Source: the human T2T-CHM13v2.0 reference genome, Homo sapiens
DNA: 64,000 nt
Strand: one strand, 5' to 3'
Assembly: GCF_009914755.1 (NCBI RefSeq)
Contig: NC_060926.1
In this document: positions 1-13,343 of the stretch, in pieces
Numbering within the stretch: the stretch's first letter is position 1
Layout of the letters: every line of letters starts with the position of its first letter
Notes under the pieces: model-generated
The model's input: only the letters and a program-made list of their open reading frames with translations
What the model was told of the DNA's origin: nothing
The model's database searches: none
Position numbers and translations under genes: made by a program

Positions 1-699
1 AATATCTGGGTTCAAAATAGTCTTGGGAATCATGAAGCTGTTGCTGATGACTGAAACAATAGGAATAGATGAGACCCACTGAGGGTCAATGAGAGGAAAA
101 CAGCTTTTGAAGAGCCATAGCTCTGAGGGCATCAGCATTTAAATAAAGGGATAGATACGGCAAAGCAGGCTGAGGTAAAAGACAGGTAGATTGCAGGGTC
201 ATAGGCCACAAAAGGAAAGTTTCAAGAAGTGGCCAAAATTGTTAAACACTACTATGAGCTTAAGGAAGATAAAGACCCAGAGGTGCATAATAGTGCTAAC
301 GATAAGTTTGTGCAGGTTACCTTCTGTTTGCCCTCCTTCTTCATCTGGCTCCATGACCCAGGGGTTTGACTAACATGGATGGCGTCGACGACTCTACTGC
401 ATTCTGTCTTCTATTGGAGTTAGAACAACAGTGAGCATTAGCATAAGGTGACAGGGAGGGAATGAGGGAGAACGGTGAGTGGGAATATGTATTTTCCCCA
501 CTCTGGATATGCCTCAGGCTATGTGTTACTGGACTTAAGGTCAGAATTTCTGCCTGCTTACCCCTTTTGGGCTAAAGTTTAAAATAGCTTCCTGCAGTTA
601 TTAGCACTGGGATACTGCACTACTACTTCGAAGTTATAACCTCATTGCAACCTCTAATTCTCTTTATAATTTTTCTTTCAGATACATTCCCCTTTCCAA

Positions 700-1340
700 A
701 TCCCTTATTCTGGTAAATGACAGCACTGTTTTCCCTTCATCTTCACTGCCTCTACACAAGTCTAGTCCACTATAAACTCACATCTGGGTTCCAGAAGCAG
801 TCTCCTACCTGGTCCTTTGCTTCTTTTCCGGGCCCATGCTACAACCACCAGCCAGAGTATACTTTCTCTGACAAATCTGCTCATCTTCTTTTCTTTCTTT
901 AAAAGGCCCAATAGCTTCACATTTTTCTAAGATAAAGTCAAAGTTTTTTATCCTAACTTGCAAGATTTACCCTCTCCTTTCTTAGGTATCAATATACTAC
1001 ATTTTAACAAAGCAAAATTGCTTTCAATTACATGAACTAGCCATGCTCAGTCTCACCTCTAGACCTTCATACATTATTTTCCTTCTACTTGGTAGACTGC
1101 TTGACTGCACTTCACCAGAAAATTCCTGCTTTGCATTCAGACCTCATTGTGAGTATCACTACCTTTGAGAACCCTTCTCTGATGACCCAAGGGTATTTTA
1201 TGCCTCTCCTATCCTATTGCATTTGGTACTTCACAACATAAAACTTGTTTGACTTGTCTGTGTCCCTCTGGACTCCAGATGATGTGTGCTCAAGGACTGT
1301 GTCTTTGATTTTCACTGCTGTATCCCCACATCTAGCAGAG
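700..1340 (+). mobile_element. L2 3' fragment (interrupted by AluY)
   Basis: L2 3'-end-like text (GGACTGTGTCTTTGATTTTCACTGCTGTATCCCCA...), resuming after the Alu as AACGAATTAATGAA; approximate. Confidence 0.55.
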
Positions 1341-1352
1341 TTGCAAGCTTTC

Positions 1353-1659
1353 CTTTTTTTTTTTTTTTTTTTTTTTTTGAGACGGAGTCTCGCTCTTTTG
1401 CCCAAGCTGGAGTGCAGTGGCACGATCTTGGCTCACTGCAAGCTCCGCCTCCCAGATTCACGCCATTCTCCTGCCTCAGCCTCCCGAGCAGCTAGGACTA
1501 CAGGTACCTGCCACCACACCTGGGTAATTTTTTTTATTTTTAGTAGAGACAGGGTTTCACCGTGTTCACCAGGATGGTCTCGATCTCCTGACCTCGTGAT
1601 CCGCCCGCCTCAGTCTCCCAAAGTGCTGGGATTACAGGTGCGAGCCACCACGCCTAGCC
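1353..1659 (-). mobile_element. AluY
   Basis: Poly(T) then Alu reverse complement with AluY diagnostics (GCAAGCTCCGCC, TTCACGCCATTC); TSD TGCAAGC on both sides. Confidence 0.95.
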
Positions 1660-4244
1660 TGCAAGCATTTTTTAACGAATTAATGAAATTACCTTTGAAA
1701 CTATAAAGGCATTTTACAGGAGTAAGATTAAAGTATATAATGGGTGAGGTTCAGAGAGGCTGCATCTGTCTTCATGGTATTATAATTCCATCTGAAGTTT
1801 TTCATTTATTCTGAGGTCAGTGGAAGCCACAAAATAGTCCTTAACAACAGAGTGATAAACAGAAGTTGTGTTTTAGAGAGAGAAATTTGTTTACTGTGAA
1901 CAGGATAAACCAAAAGAGAGGAGAACCTGGATGCTGGGAAAACAACTTGGCAGACTGAGCGAATTCAGGCAACTAATGAAACTTTCTAAAACTGCTAAAG
2001 AAGATATATTTATGGGAGCTGTTCGAAAAACGTAGAGAGCAGGACTTGGATATTAAATGCACAGTAGATGGAGAAGTAAAAAATGGCAATGATTTTGATT
2101 CGTAGTAACTAAGGAGAATAGTGCTGTCATTTACCAGAATAAGGAAGTTGAAAAGGGGAATTTATCTAAAGGTAAAATTATAAAGAGAATTAGAGGCTGC
2201 AATGAGGTCATAACTTTTAAGTAGAAATGTTCTACTAAGAGACAGACTATAGGGCAGGACTAAAATGTCCCCATGGTTTATAAAAGAGAACATCTTTTTC
2301 TGACCCCAAAACATGTGTTCTGGCACCAAAAGAAGCGCCCTAGGACCTACGTTCTTTTTGTGAACTGCTGCCTAAATTCTGAGTCCTAGAAAAGACTAAT
2401 AATGGTGGTGGACAGATGACAGAGAGGTATAAATTGCATCATGTGTACATACGTCCCCTCTTGAATGAGAGGCACAGTTGAAGAACAGGCAAGAAAAATT
2501 CAACAGTTTGGCTTTGTCTATTGTAAGTCACCACCTTGCTGAAACAAGATTTCTAATTACAGCAATAGTTTTTGCCACACTGCCTTGAGTTGATGTTTGT
2601 TAGTTGAGAGAATGCTTAAAATATGCAGAGAAATATTTTTTAATTTTTAAATGTTAGGAGTCTGTGTACATGTACATGATACGTATAACACAGCATGAGG
2701 GTAAATGGCCTCCATAGACTCTCTCTTCATTGTAAAAAATGAATTATCACCTGACAAAAAAATATTCACTACACATAAGGATATTTGAGTATTTTTAAAA
2801 GAAAAGAAAACATATTTACAAATCAGAAACCAGCTTTCTTGTTTCTCCCTCACAGTCATTTAGAGCTGTTTTGTGGGACTGATTTTTTTCCTCCCCCTTG
2901 AAAGGTCCATGACTTCAATTCTCTGGGTTTGGCAAGTGTTTAAAGGGACTCTTTCTTTTGTGGGTATTTTCTTGGGCTCTTCTGAGATCCCTCATTTCTA
3001 GCGATATCTCACCTGCACTTCTCAAGTTCTCTGCTGGTTCCATTGTTTCTCCCTCAGCCAGATAATCTAGTCACCCTGATTATCTAGTCACTGCTAGACT
3101 TTCGGCTGAGCCCCCTTAACCCTCCAGCAGCTTTCTGGGACAGAACCCAAGAAAACCCCAGATGGTTCTCATATGTAATCCTCATCCGGGCCCCTGTAGG
3201 CCATGCAGTTACTTCCAAGAGCAGAACTCTCCTCTGTCACCATGGGTTGCTTCAGCCAGTCACTTGTCATCATGAGACTCTCAGGCATGACTGCAGTTCA
3301 TATGGGAGATGCATAGGAAACTCTGTGCATGGCCTCCTCAAAGCCCCTCTCACCTGACTCGAGGTAACAAAGGTACACCTTTCAACCCCAACCCTCTGTT
3401 CCTCAGAAAGAATCACAGCCCAATGACACTCCCCTTTAAGAATCCTCCTTTAAACGCTTTCTCCTCTCCTGACCTTTCTTAACTTCTCTAAAAGCTAGAA
3501 GGGTAGTTTGCTAAGCGAAGCAAAGTCTCCCTCTTGTACCAGTCTGTTGAACTTGGTTAGCACTTCATTTTGACAGTGGGGATGTACTTGTCAACTCTTG
3601 TTTGGGCCTCAGCAGAAACCCAAACAGCAGGACCCCTATGTAACATCCTGTTACCTATCACAATCGTAAAATTAATATCAGTCTGTAAGACAAAGCTGTG
3701 TAAACAATGCCTAGAGAAGGCTAATGAGGAAGATTCTGACTGGTGGGATGAGAGATAAGGCCCAAGTGCCTGAAATATGTACAACTCATCTAACCTGATC
3801 TTTGGTATTTGTTTTTATAGAAACTATACTTTCAAATCCATATTGAACTTCAAAAAGAAACTTCTCTCTAGATCTATAAAGCAAAGTTACAAGGAGAAAG
3901 AAATGAGTGATGGTTTCACTTCAGAATATTTGCACGTGTATTTTGTATGAAAGACTAGATAACAAATGAGGGAGGTTTATTAACAATAAACACTAAATAT
4001 ATTCCACAAAATTATTCAGATATTGAAAGAATAGAGAAAGGCAAATTTCACTTTTAGCTCATTTTATTTTTTTAGATGTTTTAATTGCAGGAGGACTTAC
4101 ATGATCTGAGAAGATACCTGATCTCTTAGAACCTCATTTCAACCTGAACATATGACCTCAGAGGGACTCATTGCTCTTTGGAAACTCTTTAACCTTTACA
4201 ACAAAGGCACGTGCATGGGATTCATGATTCCTAAAGGCTCGTAT

Positions 4245-4636
4245 TGTTGTGTGTTAAATTGTGTTCTCTCAAAAGATATGTTGAATTCCCATTCCCTAGT
4301 ATCTGTGAATATATCCTTATTTTTTAAAAAAGATTTCTACAGATGTAATCAGGTTAAAATGAGGCCATAGACGCACAGGGAAAATACCATGTGATAACAA
4401 AGGCAGAACTTGGAGTGATGCAGTTTCAAGCCAAGGAACACCAGGGAGTTGTAGCCGCCACCAGAGAGTAGGAGGAAGCAGGAGGAAATCTATCCAGAGC
4501 CAAAGAGGGAGCATAGCCTTGCTGACACTTTAATTCCAAATTACTATCTTCCAGATCTGTGAGATAATAAATGTCTATTGTTTTAAAACACCCAGTTTGT
4601 GGCATTTTGTTAGGGCAGCACTAGGAAACTAAAACA
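4245..4636 (+). mobile_element. MLT1 (MaLR) solo LTR, MLT1B/C-like
   Basis: TG...ACA termini; typical 3' end GAGATAATAAATGTCTATTGTTTTAA...GGCAGCACTAGGAAACTAAAACA. Confidence 0.8.
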
Positions 4637-6789
4637 CACAGAAAAGAAATTTTATTTGTAAATGCAGAAACTCTAAGTTAGTTTTCTTACAAGATTCAGG
4701 CCTCCACTAAGTGATTTTAGAAAGGTGCTTGGATTGGTGGTCTTTTTCTTGAGGAGTGGCATTTCCAGGTTTGGTGCTGATAGAGAGACTACCAATGGAA
4801 TCAGTTGTTTCAGTTCAGCAACTGGGTCTTGTCCTTTCTGCCTTGTGTATTGATCTAAATAGATTCCAAGCCCCATGGCTCTGTAAAAAGAAACACTGTC
4901 ATCTCTCAGAATGATTAAAGATCAGCTTGTAAAATTATTTGTAGAGATACGAATTGTAATTTTTTTTCCTGTTTTAGGAAAACATTGCAACATACAAGTA
5001 ATTCAGTTAAAATTTCAGCCATCTCCATGGTTGAATAAAATACTTACAGCAACTACATTTTACCCAAAAAGCTTGTCAACTCAATGATAACAAAGATTTC
5101 TAGGTATTACTCTTTAACTACAAAATCCACAATTTAAGTAATAACTTCACTTTAGAGTATTTATAATCATATTTTTATATTGTTTTCATAAACAGGAGTC
5201 ACTTATTTGCTGTTTCACAAATTTAAAAATCAAGGAGTCTATCTTTATGAAGTGATGCAATTGTTTTAAAATCATATTGAGGTGATGGTAGCACAACTCT
5301 AAATTTATAGAAATCATCATGTTATACACTTAAAATGAGTCAATTTTATGGCATTCAAATTTTACCTTAATAAATCTACTTAAAAACAAAGATTCTACTC
5401 TCCTAGTAGGAAATGGCAGTTCTACAGAATTCCTTGCAGATTCAGCATTTAGTAAATGATAATTGGTGATGGTATTTACATCACTCTGGTAATACTGAAA
5501 GCAAAACAGAGATACCATGGATCTATTGCAATTTCGTCTTGCTCAGAGATGAATGTGAATAACTAGGGCCCTGCTGGATGAAAGAAATTCCAGATACAAT
5601 GACCCTCAGAGAATAGATGTTTCTCCTACTGTCGATCTACAGCATGGGATTATTTTTTTGAAGACATTTCAAGGAATTATCTTTACCAGAATTTGTAGAG
5701 GAGAAACATCTCTAGGAATGTTACGTCAAATATATCAATCTCTATAATACTCAATTTTAAACAAGTTGTAAACATGACCAAAAAAATACAAGCGGAATTC
5801 CACTCAAATGACACATCGTGTTAGAAAATAATTCTCTATTGCCTAATAGAAATATAAAAGCTATATAGGCCTAAATGCAGAAGTTTCTATTATTTGAGAT
5901 AGATAAAGCATGCTGATCCTTTTTTAATTACTTAGCTTAATTATAACAGTCTTTAAGATGACAAATCCTTTGAATTGCAAGCAGAAGGAGAAATCATCTA
6001 GCATAAGAAATCAGCAAAAGGAGGATTTTCTTTGTAACGAAATCACTGTTGAGTATCTCTTCCAGTTCTCACAGACACATCCGCTTCTGCTTTTAAAAAT
6101 GGGACTGGAGTATTACTTACCTCAGTGAGGTTTTATGGGGTTCTAGTTTTATAAACCTTCCAAAGTCATAATTCTATGAGAAGTACTATATGCAGAACAG
6201 CAATAATTCAGATTTTATATCATATTATGTTTAATTTTGATTTACTAGTTAAGCTCTGAGTTTTCATTTATTTTTGTTGATTTTCCTAACATTGACATTG
6301 TCAGAAATAATTTTTCACAATATTTTTATATTTTTTGCTTAAATCATCTTAAAACACTTTTATAGTAAATTATTTGTGTTAATCCATTTTCTGTTTATTA
6401 AACAAGTCATATAAAATATGATTTAACTAATATCTTGTGAAATTTTTTTTTTTTGCTCCTAGCAAGTAATAACCTTTGTAACTTGAAATATGATTGCGGC
6501 GTATTTGGCCTTATACTTTGAGACTATTTAAATAAATTTCCTGTAAGGGAAAAAATGTTACTTGCAAGTAATTTGATTTTGACTATTCTCTAATGTTAAT
6601 AGACTTTGATAACATAGAAAAATTCCTTTTTAGCCATTTTTAGTCATTTTATTTTAAACGATGTTAAGTTCATTATTATTAAATATGTTTACCTCAGAAG
6701 TAATATCTGAATGTCAAAAAAGATAATACCAAAATAAAAAGTATTAATAATTAGAGTATATCTTGTGTTTATCTGTGACAATAGAACTG

Positions 6790-6965
6790 TGTTTAGAATT
6801 AGAAAGCCTGAGTTAAATCTGACTCCATGGCTAACTAGTTATGTGATTTGGGGGTATCATTAAGCTCTATATAATTTAGTTTCCTCGTTTGTAAAATTGG
6901 AGTAAATAAAATATGGCCAATCCACTGATAGGTAGTTATAAGTGTTAAATGAGTTGTATGCAAAT
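6790..6965 (+). mobile_element. MIR
   Basis: MIR core (AGTTTCCTCGTTTGTAAAATTGG...GTTAAATGAG); approximate. Confidence 0.65.
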
Positions 6966-7566
6966 GTAGAGTACCCTAGACAGAACTGTTAACAAGATAC
7001 TAACAAGAACTGTTATCAAGGATAATGTTACTCTACTAATATGTAAATTCTTTCTTTCAGTACTTAAAGATAATGTTGCCTTGGTAAATTCAGGGTATCA
7101 ATATCAATTTCCTCTTTGCACTGTTCCCAACTATACCTCCGCATCCCCACCCCCGACACACTGGTCATGTGAGAAGGGTTTAGTCAAGGAAATGTTAAAA
7201 TGTATGACCTTGGAACCACTTGATTGATGTTTGCATCTATAAGAGACTCAATCTATGACTGACAGCTAGCCAATTGCCCTGTTTCATGACATATTTGCTC
7301 AGCAATGTTATCATACACTGAGTAAGTGAGTGAGTGGGGGACAGAAGAATGAGAAAGATAATTTTTCAGGAATTAAAATACATCCTATATATTCAGGATG
7401 GTGGTGCCCTGCCTTTCTTCCTTAGAGAAGGTGGGCCAATCAATAAACCAAAAAGATGTCACAATCCCACCTACACTGTCAACATTGACACAGGTGTATA
7501 TGAGCTTCCATTCAGTGACTTTTCTTCCACAAATAGCTCTCAGGCTTACATTTTAGGAAATCTGAG

Positions 7567-8770
7567 TGTATCAAAGAGTCTTGCTCTTCCAGACTTATTT
7601 TACGTGCATCTTCAGTCTGCTCTGGGTGTCAAGAGGCCAATTTCTATAGGCTACATTAACCGTATTCTTACCCTCTTGCTTCTGGTTGACCTTAGTCATT
7701 GGGAGCCCCTGACGGAAGATTAAAGAGTACCAGGGGAAGAGATTTGTAAATTTTATTTCATGGCAGACCATGGGCTGTCAGTAACTTGGTTCCCCAACTG
7801 CCACAGCTCCTGTGGGGTAGCTCTCCATCGGCTACATCTACAGCTCTCTCTAGGACCCAATAGCTGCTCCCTCACCTTGCCTTTCAAGTCTAGTGGCAAT
7901 CCTGGTGTTTTACCATCCCTTTTTAGGTACCCATAACGCTCACCTCAAACACTTTTAAATAGTCTCTTTGTTACAGTCAGTAGTTAGTCGGACACGAGCC
8001 GGGCAAGAGAGACACCCCTTCACGAATGTGAGGCAACCATCCAGTGATGGCCAGGCAGTTGTTAAGCTGTCTCCCTATAATAATAATTGGTCATAGCTGG
8101 TGCCAGGAAGAGGCTGTCTCCCAGTAGATAGAAACAACTGAAAGTAATGATCAGCAGCTTCCCCATAAGATCTCAGGAGTTGGGGAATGAGTTAAAGCAT
8201 GTGCACTAAGAGGCAAAATGGTGAAATTTTAACTGACAGGAACACTCGACTGGTAAGGGAAGAAAGCCTCAGGGGAGCATGCGTACAACTTCAGTAAACA
8301 CTGCACATGCGGTCTCTCCCACTTGCTGGTAGGGCACTGCACCTGCAGACAGCCCAACCCAAGAGACAAATCAGGGGATAAGGGATGCAGCCCCCCAGAA
8401 ACATGCCAATCTATAAAACCCCAAGTCAAAAGTCAAATCACCCACTTGAATCTCTCAAGTCACCTGCTTGGCCCTTTTGAAGTGTACTTTACTTCCTTTC
8501 GTTCCTGTTCTAAACTTTTTAATAAACTTTAACTCTTGCTCTAATATTTGCCTGTCGCTTCTTCTGCCTTATGCTCCTTGGCCAAACTCTTTCTTCTGAG
8601 GCAGCAAGAATTGAGGTTCTCGCAGACTCGTACAGATTTGGCCCTGCTAACATACTTTGGTGCCATGTGACTTGGATATGTTCCGTAGTGGTAACGCCTT
8701 GATTAAATTTATTTCAATTACCCTTTTTGAGCATCCCAACCCTTTCCTGACAGGATCTCTACTGTTAACA
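7567..8770 (+). mobile_element. LTR33-like (ERVL) LTR split by MER50
   Basis: Starts TGTATC...; 3' part AAATAGTCTCTT | GATTAAATTTATTTCAATTACCCTTTTTGAG... is continuous across the MER50 insertion. Confidence 0.55.
7969..8696 (+). mobile_element. MER50-like ERV1 solo LTR
   Basis: TGTTACAG...GGTAAC(G) termini, TATAAAA at ~8412, AATAAA at 8521, near 4-bp TSD TCTT/CCTT; resembles recalled MER50 consensus throughout. Confidence 0.8.
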
Positions 8771-9848
8771 CTGAGACCAGTTTTTCCATAGACAAATTCT
8801 GCTTGCCAAATTCTTTCTCAGGCTAGTCATTGGTGTTTCTTGAGCCTTTGGAACTCAGTCCAATGTCAAATCATTGAGGATTATATTTTCGAGAGGGTAA
8901 ATTGACTTTATGTGTATCTAAGAGACCACAAAGTATTTTCCACAAATGATTATGTGTAACTAAGCTCATAGCTCATGGATATACCACTGCCCCCATATAC
9001 ATCTTACAAACAATAAGAAAACACTATTCCAAAAATTATATTTCAAAGTTCAAAACAAGCTTAAGGGATTTTTTTTTAATTGCATTTTGGGAATACCTTT
9101 CACATACCACCTACCTAACTCCCACTAATTTCTCCAGGTGGGAAGGTAGAATCTACCAAGAAGGGAGGCCAGGGCCCTAAGACCTCCTTGATACATTGCT
9201 AAGGCACAAAGCAAAACACTAAAAACCACCTGTGATCTAAATTTATTACGAGGAAAGTGTTGTATAAACCGGTGGGACTCAAGGGTTGCTGTCTGGAAAT
9301 CCTGATTTACTAAAAGAAGGAGAGATTTGTAGTTTCCATATCAAAGGGTGAGCTGAGCTGTGCAGAGTGGCCTTTGTTCATGTGGCAATTACAGTGTTTG
9401 CACACTTCTCAAGTGCTTGAAAAGGGTCCTCCTCCAGCATTAAGGTAGAGGGGGGCACTATTCATTTGCTTAACAAGCTACTTTCCCTCCTCTCTTCCTT
9501 TCCCTCCCCTCTAAAGATAATACAAAAAGATAAACAGCACCCTAAGGCCAATTTAAATAATCATAAATTTTCTATCAGAGAAGCTTGAAAAATACCCTTA
9601 ATTTTCTTTGCCCTTTTTATTTTTTGCATATTTTCAAACACTTATGTGCTCACAGATACTGAGCATCTTAACACAGTGATTTATTTTATGGTGAAGTTTT
9701 AGTCACTGTGTAAAGCCTGTAGATTATTTTAACACTGTTTTTCAATAATATTACATAGAGAAGAGGTAAAACTGTTTCATAAAGCTTTCAAATATACAAT
9801 AATGAGCTATCAATTCAAGTACGAACAGTATAATCTTAGAATAACTAA

Positions 9849-10264
<416 letters not shown>

Positions 10265-12748
10265 TTATTCTCAGAGGGGTGATTTCTGAAAAGCAGAATA
10301 TTTTACAGTTAAAGAGTTAAACCACTTTTCAGGACAATATAATTATATTCATCTGTTCATCATTCAATCATGTTTGTGCTCAGATTTTCTCTTCACTGTA
10401 GAATAGTCAGTGGTGCAGGTTATTAGTTAAGCTACTAGATATGATCATTCATAAGATAAACTAGTGTGTCAGTATTTCCAACTAAGGCAATCAGTCAGGA
10501 GTTTCCCCTTTCCCTTTATTTATATTTTTCGGTGTGTTGGTGAATGTCTTATACATTTTAATATGTATAATAATTAAATGAATGCATCTAGTTATAAGTA
10601 ATTTCATCTGGAATATAAGGCATGCTATATATAAAATTTGAAATTATAAACGCAGTTTGCAAATTATAGGTATGTGCATTCTACCAAGTAAAATATATAT
10701 TTTTTGCATTTAGAATAAAAAATTATTTCTTGACCTCTTACCCCCCAAAAAATAATCTATAGCAGAAATGGATTTGAGCATGAATCTGAGCAAATTCCTT
10801 TTATTGCAATAAATAGCTTCTCATATAAGCTGTTAAATTGTACATTGTGCAATGGTACATTGGTGCTTTCCCAGAAAGGATCTCTATGGTGCTCTGAGTA
10901 CAGCATGATATTGTCTATGATTGAGGAAACTTAAAATTATAGAACTGTATGTTTAGTCCATGTGTAAATTAAGTTATTGACCACAGACAAATTTATATTG
11001 TGGTAGCTTTTATTTACAAAGTCATTATTTTATGTAAACTAGAAGAATGTTGGGATTTGGGGGTTGATTTTTATAGAAGCACAGAGAATTAAATAGTTTT
11101 GCAAAAGGGTGGCACTGGACCTAACTCCCTGATACATAAATGTGTAGTTTATTATTACATGGCACTGTAGCACTTTAAAGGTTAATTTAAGAGACTCCAT
11201 TCAATGATGTTAAGGCAGTAGCCTGGGTAGGTAGGCATCCCTAAAGAGGAGCCATTCTGTTTCCAAAATGAGCTGATGGGCTAAAGCAAGTGTTTTAAAA
11301 CTTTATTTTTAATAGTAAATAATACATTTTGCATCACAACCCAGTACACATTCACACTCACCCTAACATTTATAGAGTGTTGGAAACTAAATTTCCAATG
11401 GAAACTAAAATTTCACAAAACAATACTTACTGGAATTATAGTTGAAGTACTATTATACTACTCTATTCTATTCATACTTTTTCATATGTTGACTATGATC
11501 CAGTAAGTTATTTCATGTCCCATAAAAGAGTAGCACCCAGCAGTGTGCAAAGTATTAGAAAGTATGTTATAAAACTGGGATGTAGAATGAGGACCTGTTA
11601 TTCTCTGATTTATAAGTGGAGGTGGCCCAGAAAACATGAACATTCTTTGATCAGTGTCATCTACAAATTCTTTCATTTTTTGCCTCAAAAGACAAGTTGG
11701 AAAGTGTGAGGCAGTACTCAGAAACTTGAAGCTTCTGATTCACTGTAACAAGTAAATGGAAACTTCTGAAATCTAAGTTGAATCACGCAATCTCATTAGT
11801 TAAATTTGTTTACAGATAGTAGATAGTAATTGATATTTATTTAGTTCATGACCGTTTGAAACAATAAATTAAGCCTACATTTGGGACAATCTCTTACTTC
11901 TGGCCATCTAGCAAAACAGCGACAAAGAAATGGGAACATCTCAGCCTCAATTTTCGTTCTTTTTCTGTCTTGGAAGGGGAAGCTGAGCTCTGCTCTCACC
12001 TGAGAATCTGAAGGGAAAAAAGTTACCTTTTTTTACACAAGGGAAAATCCAACATTATAGAATGTAATTGAACAGAAACTAGAATAATCTGTGGACTTCT
12101 GCTGGAACTTCTGCCAATTAAAAAAAAAATCTATTCATTTGGATTAAGTCACAACTCTGAGGTAAAATAGTGCCTTTTATCAGACATAATGGTCTGTAAG
12201 CTTCTAAAAAATTGACTGACTTAATTAAATGCCTTAGAATGAGCCAAATAGGTAAAACTAAATGCAACAAAATTCAGGATTTAGAAGTCAAGCAAGCCAA
12301 AATCATGAAGAAAAGAATCCAAAACCGAGCACACATGCAGGTAGCTTCCTGAGGGTTCTGGCGAATGAGGCGCTACCATGAAAGAAGAGCAGAACATGAA
12401 AGTGGGGTAGGAGGGCACCCAAGATGGCTTTAGCCCCTGTATTATTTAGCATAAAAGGCCAAATTGTTATAATGCTATTACGGTAAGTCTTCACAGTGGA
12501 GTGGCTTTTAAAATGGCTTTTATTTCTTCCTTACATGTCAATCCAGAGCAAATAGGCAGCCTGCTGTGGTCCATACAGTCATTCTGGGATCAGGTCTTTC
12601 CATTTTCTCTCTCCATTATCATCTGGACTGTTGCCCTTAACCCCATGAGGGATGTTTCTAAGGAAATTTTCTTTAAATAGTATTTATTCCAGTTTATGGG
12701 AAGAGGAAAGAGCATCAACAAATATACGCCCAATGTTTTAAATCCCAG

Positions 12749-13343
12749 CATTACCAGAAAAGGGTCCTGATCCAGACCCCAAGAGAGGGTTCTTGGAACT
12801 CATGCAAGAGAGATTTTGAAGCAAGTTAAGGAATAAAAGGATGGGTCCTCCATAGGCCGAGCAGCCCCAAGGGCTACTGTTTCTCTATTTTGATGGTCAT
12901 TTCCAGATTATATGCTAAACAAGGAGTGGATTATTCATGAGTTTTCCAGGAAAGTAGTGGGCAATTCCTCTGAACTGAGGGTTCTTCTCTTTTAGACCAT
13001 ATAGGGTAACTTCCTGACATTGCCATGGCTTTGTAAATTGTCATGGCACTGGTGGGAGTATCTTTTAGCATGCTAATGCATTATAATTAGCATGCAATGA
13101 GCAGTGAGGACCACTAGAGGTCCCTTTTATCACCGTCTTGGTTTTGATAGGTTTTGGCTGGCTTCTTTATTGCAATCTGTTTTATCAGCAAGGTCTTTGT
13201 GACCTGTATCTTGTGCTAACCTCCTGTCTCATCCTGTGGCTTACAATGCCTAACCTCCTGGGAATGCAGCCCAGTAGGTCTCAGCCTTATTTTACCCAGC
13301 CCCTATTCAAGATGGAGTAGCTCTGGTTCGAATGCCTCTGACA
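12749..13343 (-). mobile_element. MER41B-like ERV1 solo LTR
   Basis: Minus strand begins TGTCAGAGGCATTCGAACCAGAGCTACTCCATCTTGAATAGGGGCTGGG and ends ...GGGGTCTGGATCAGGACCC; near TSD CCAG/CTAG. Confidence 0.88.

Noticed and set aside
300-680. Possible LTR33-like remnant (also uncertain old repeats at ~2950-3550 and ~11290-11590)
   Set aside because: Too diverged to assign by eye.
1214-1706. ORFs of 69-153 aa (also 9977-10222 and 25284-25545)
   Set aside because: Translations of Alu sequence.
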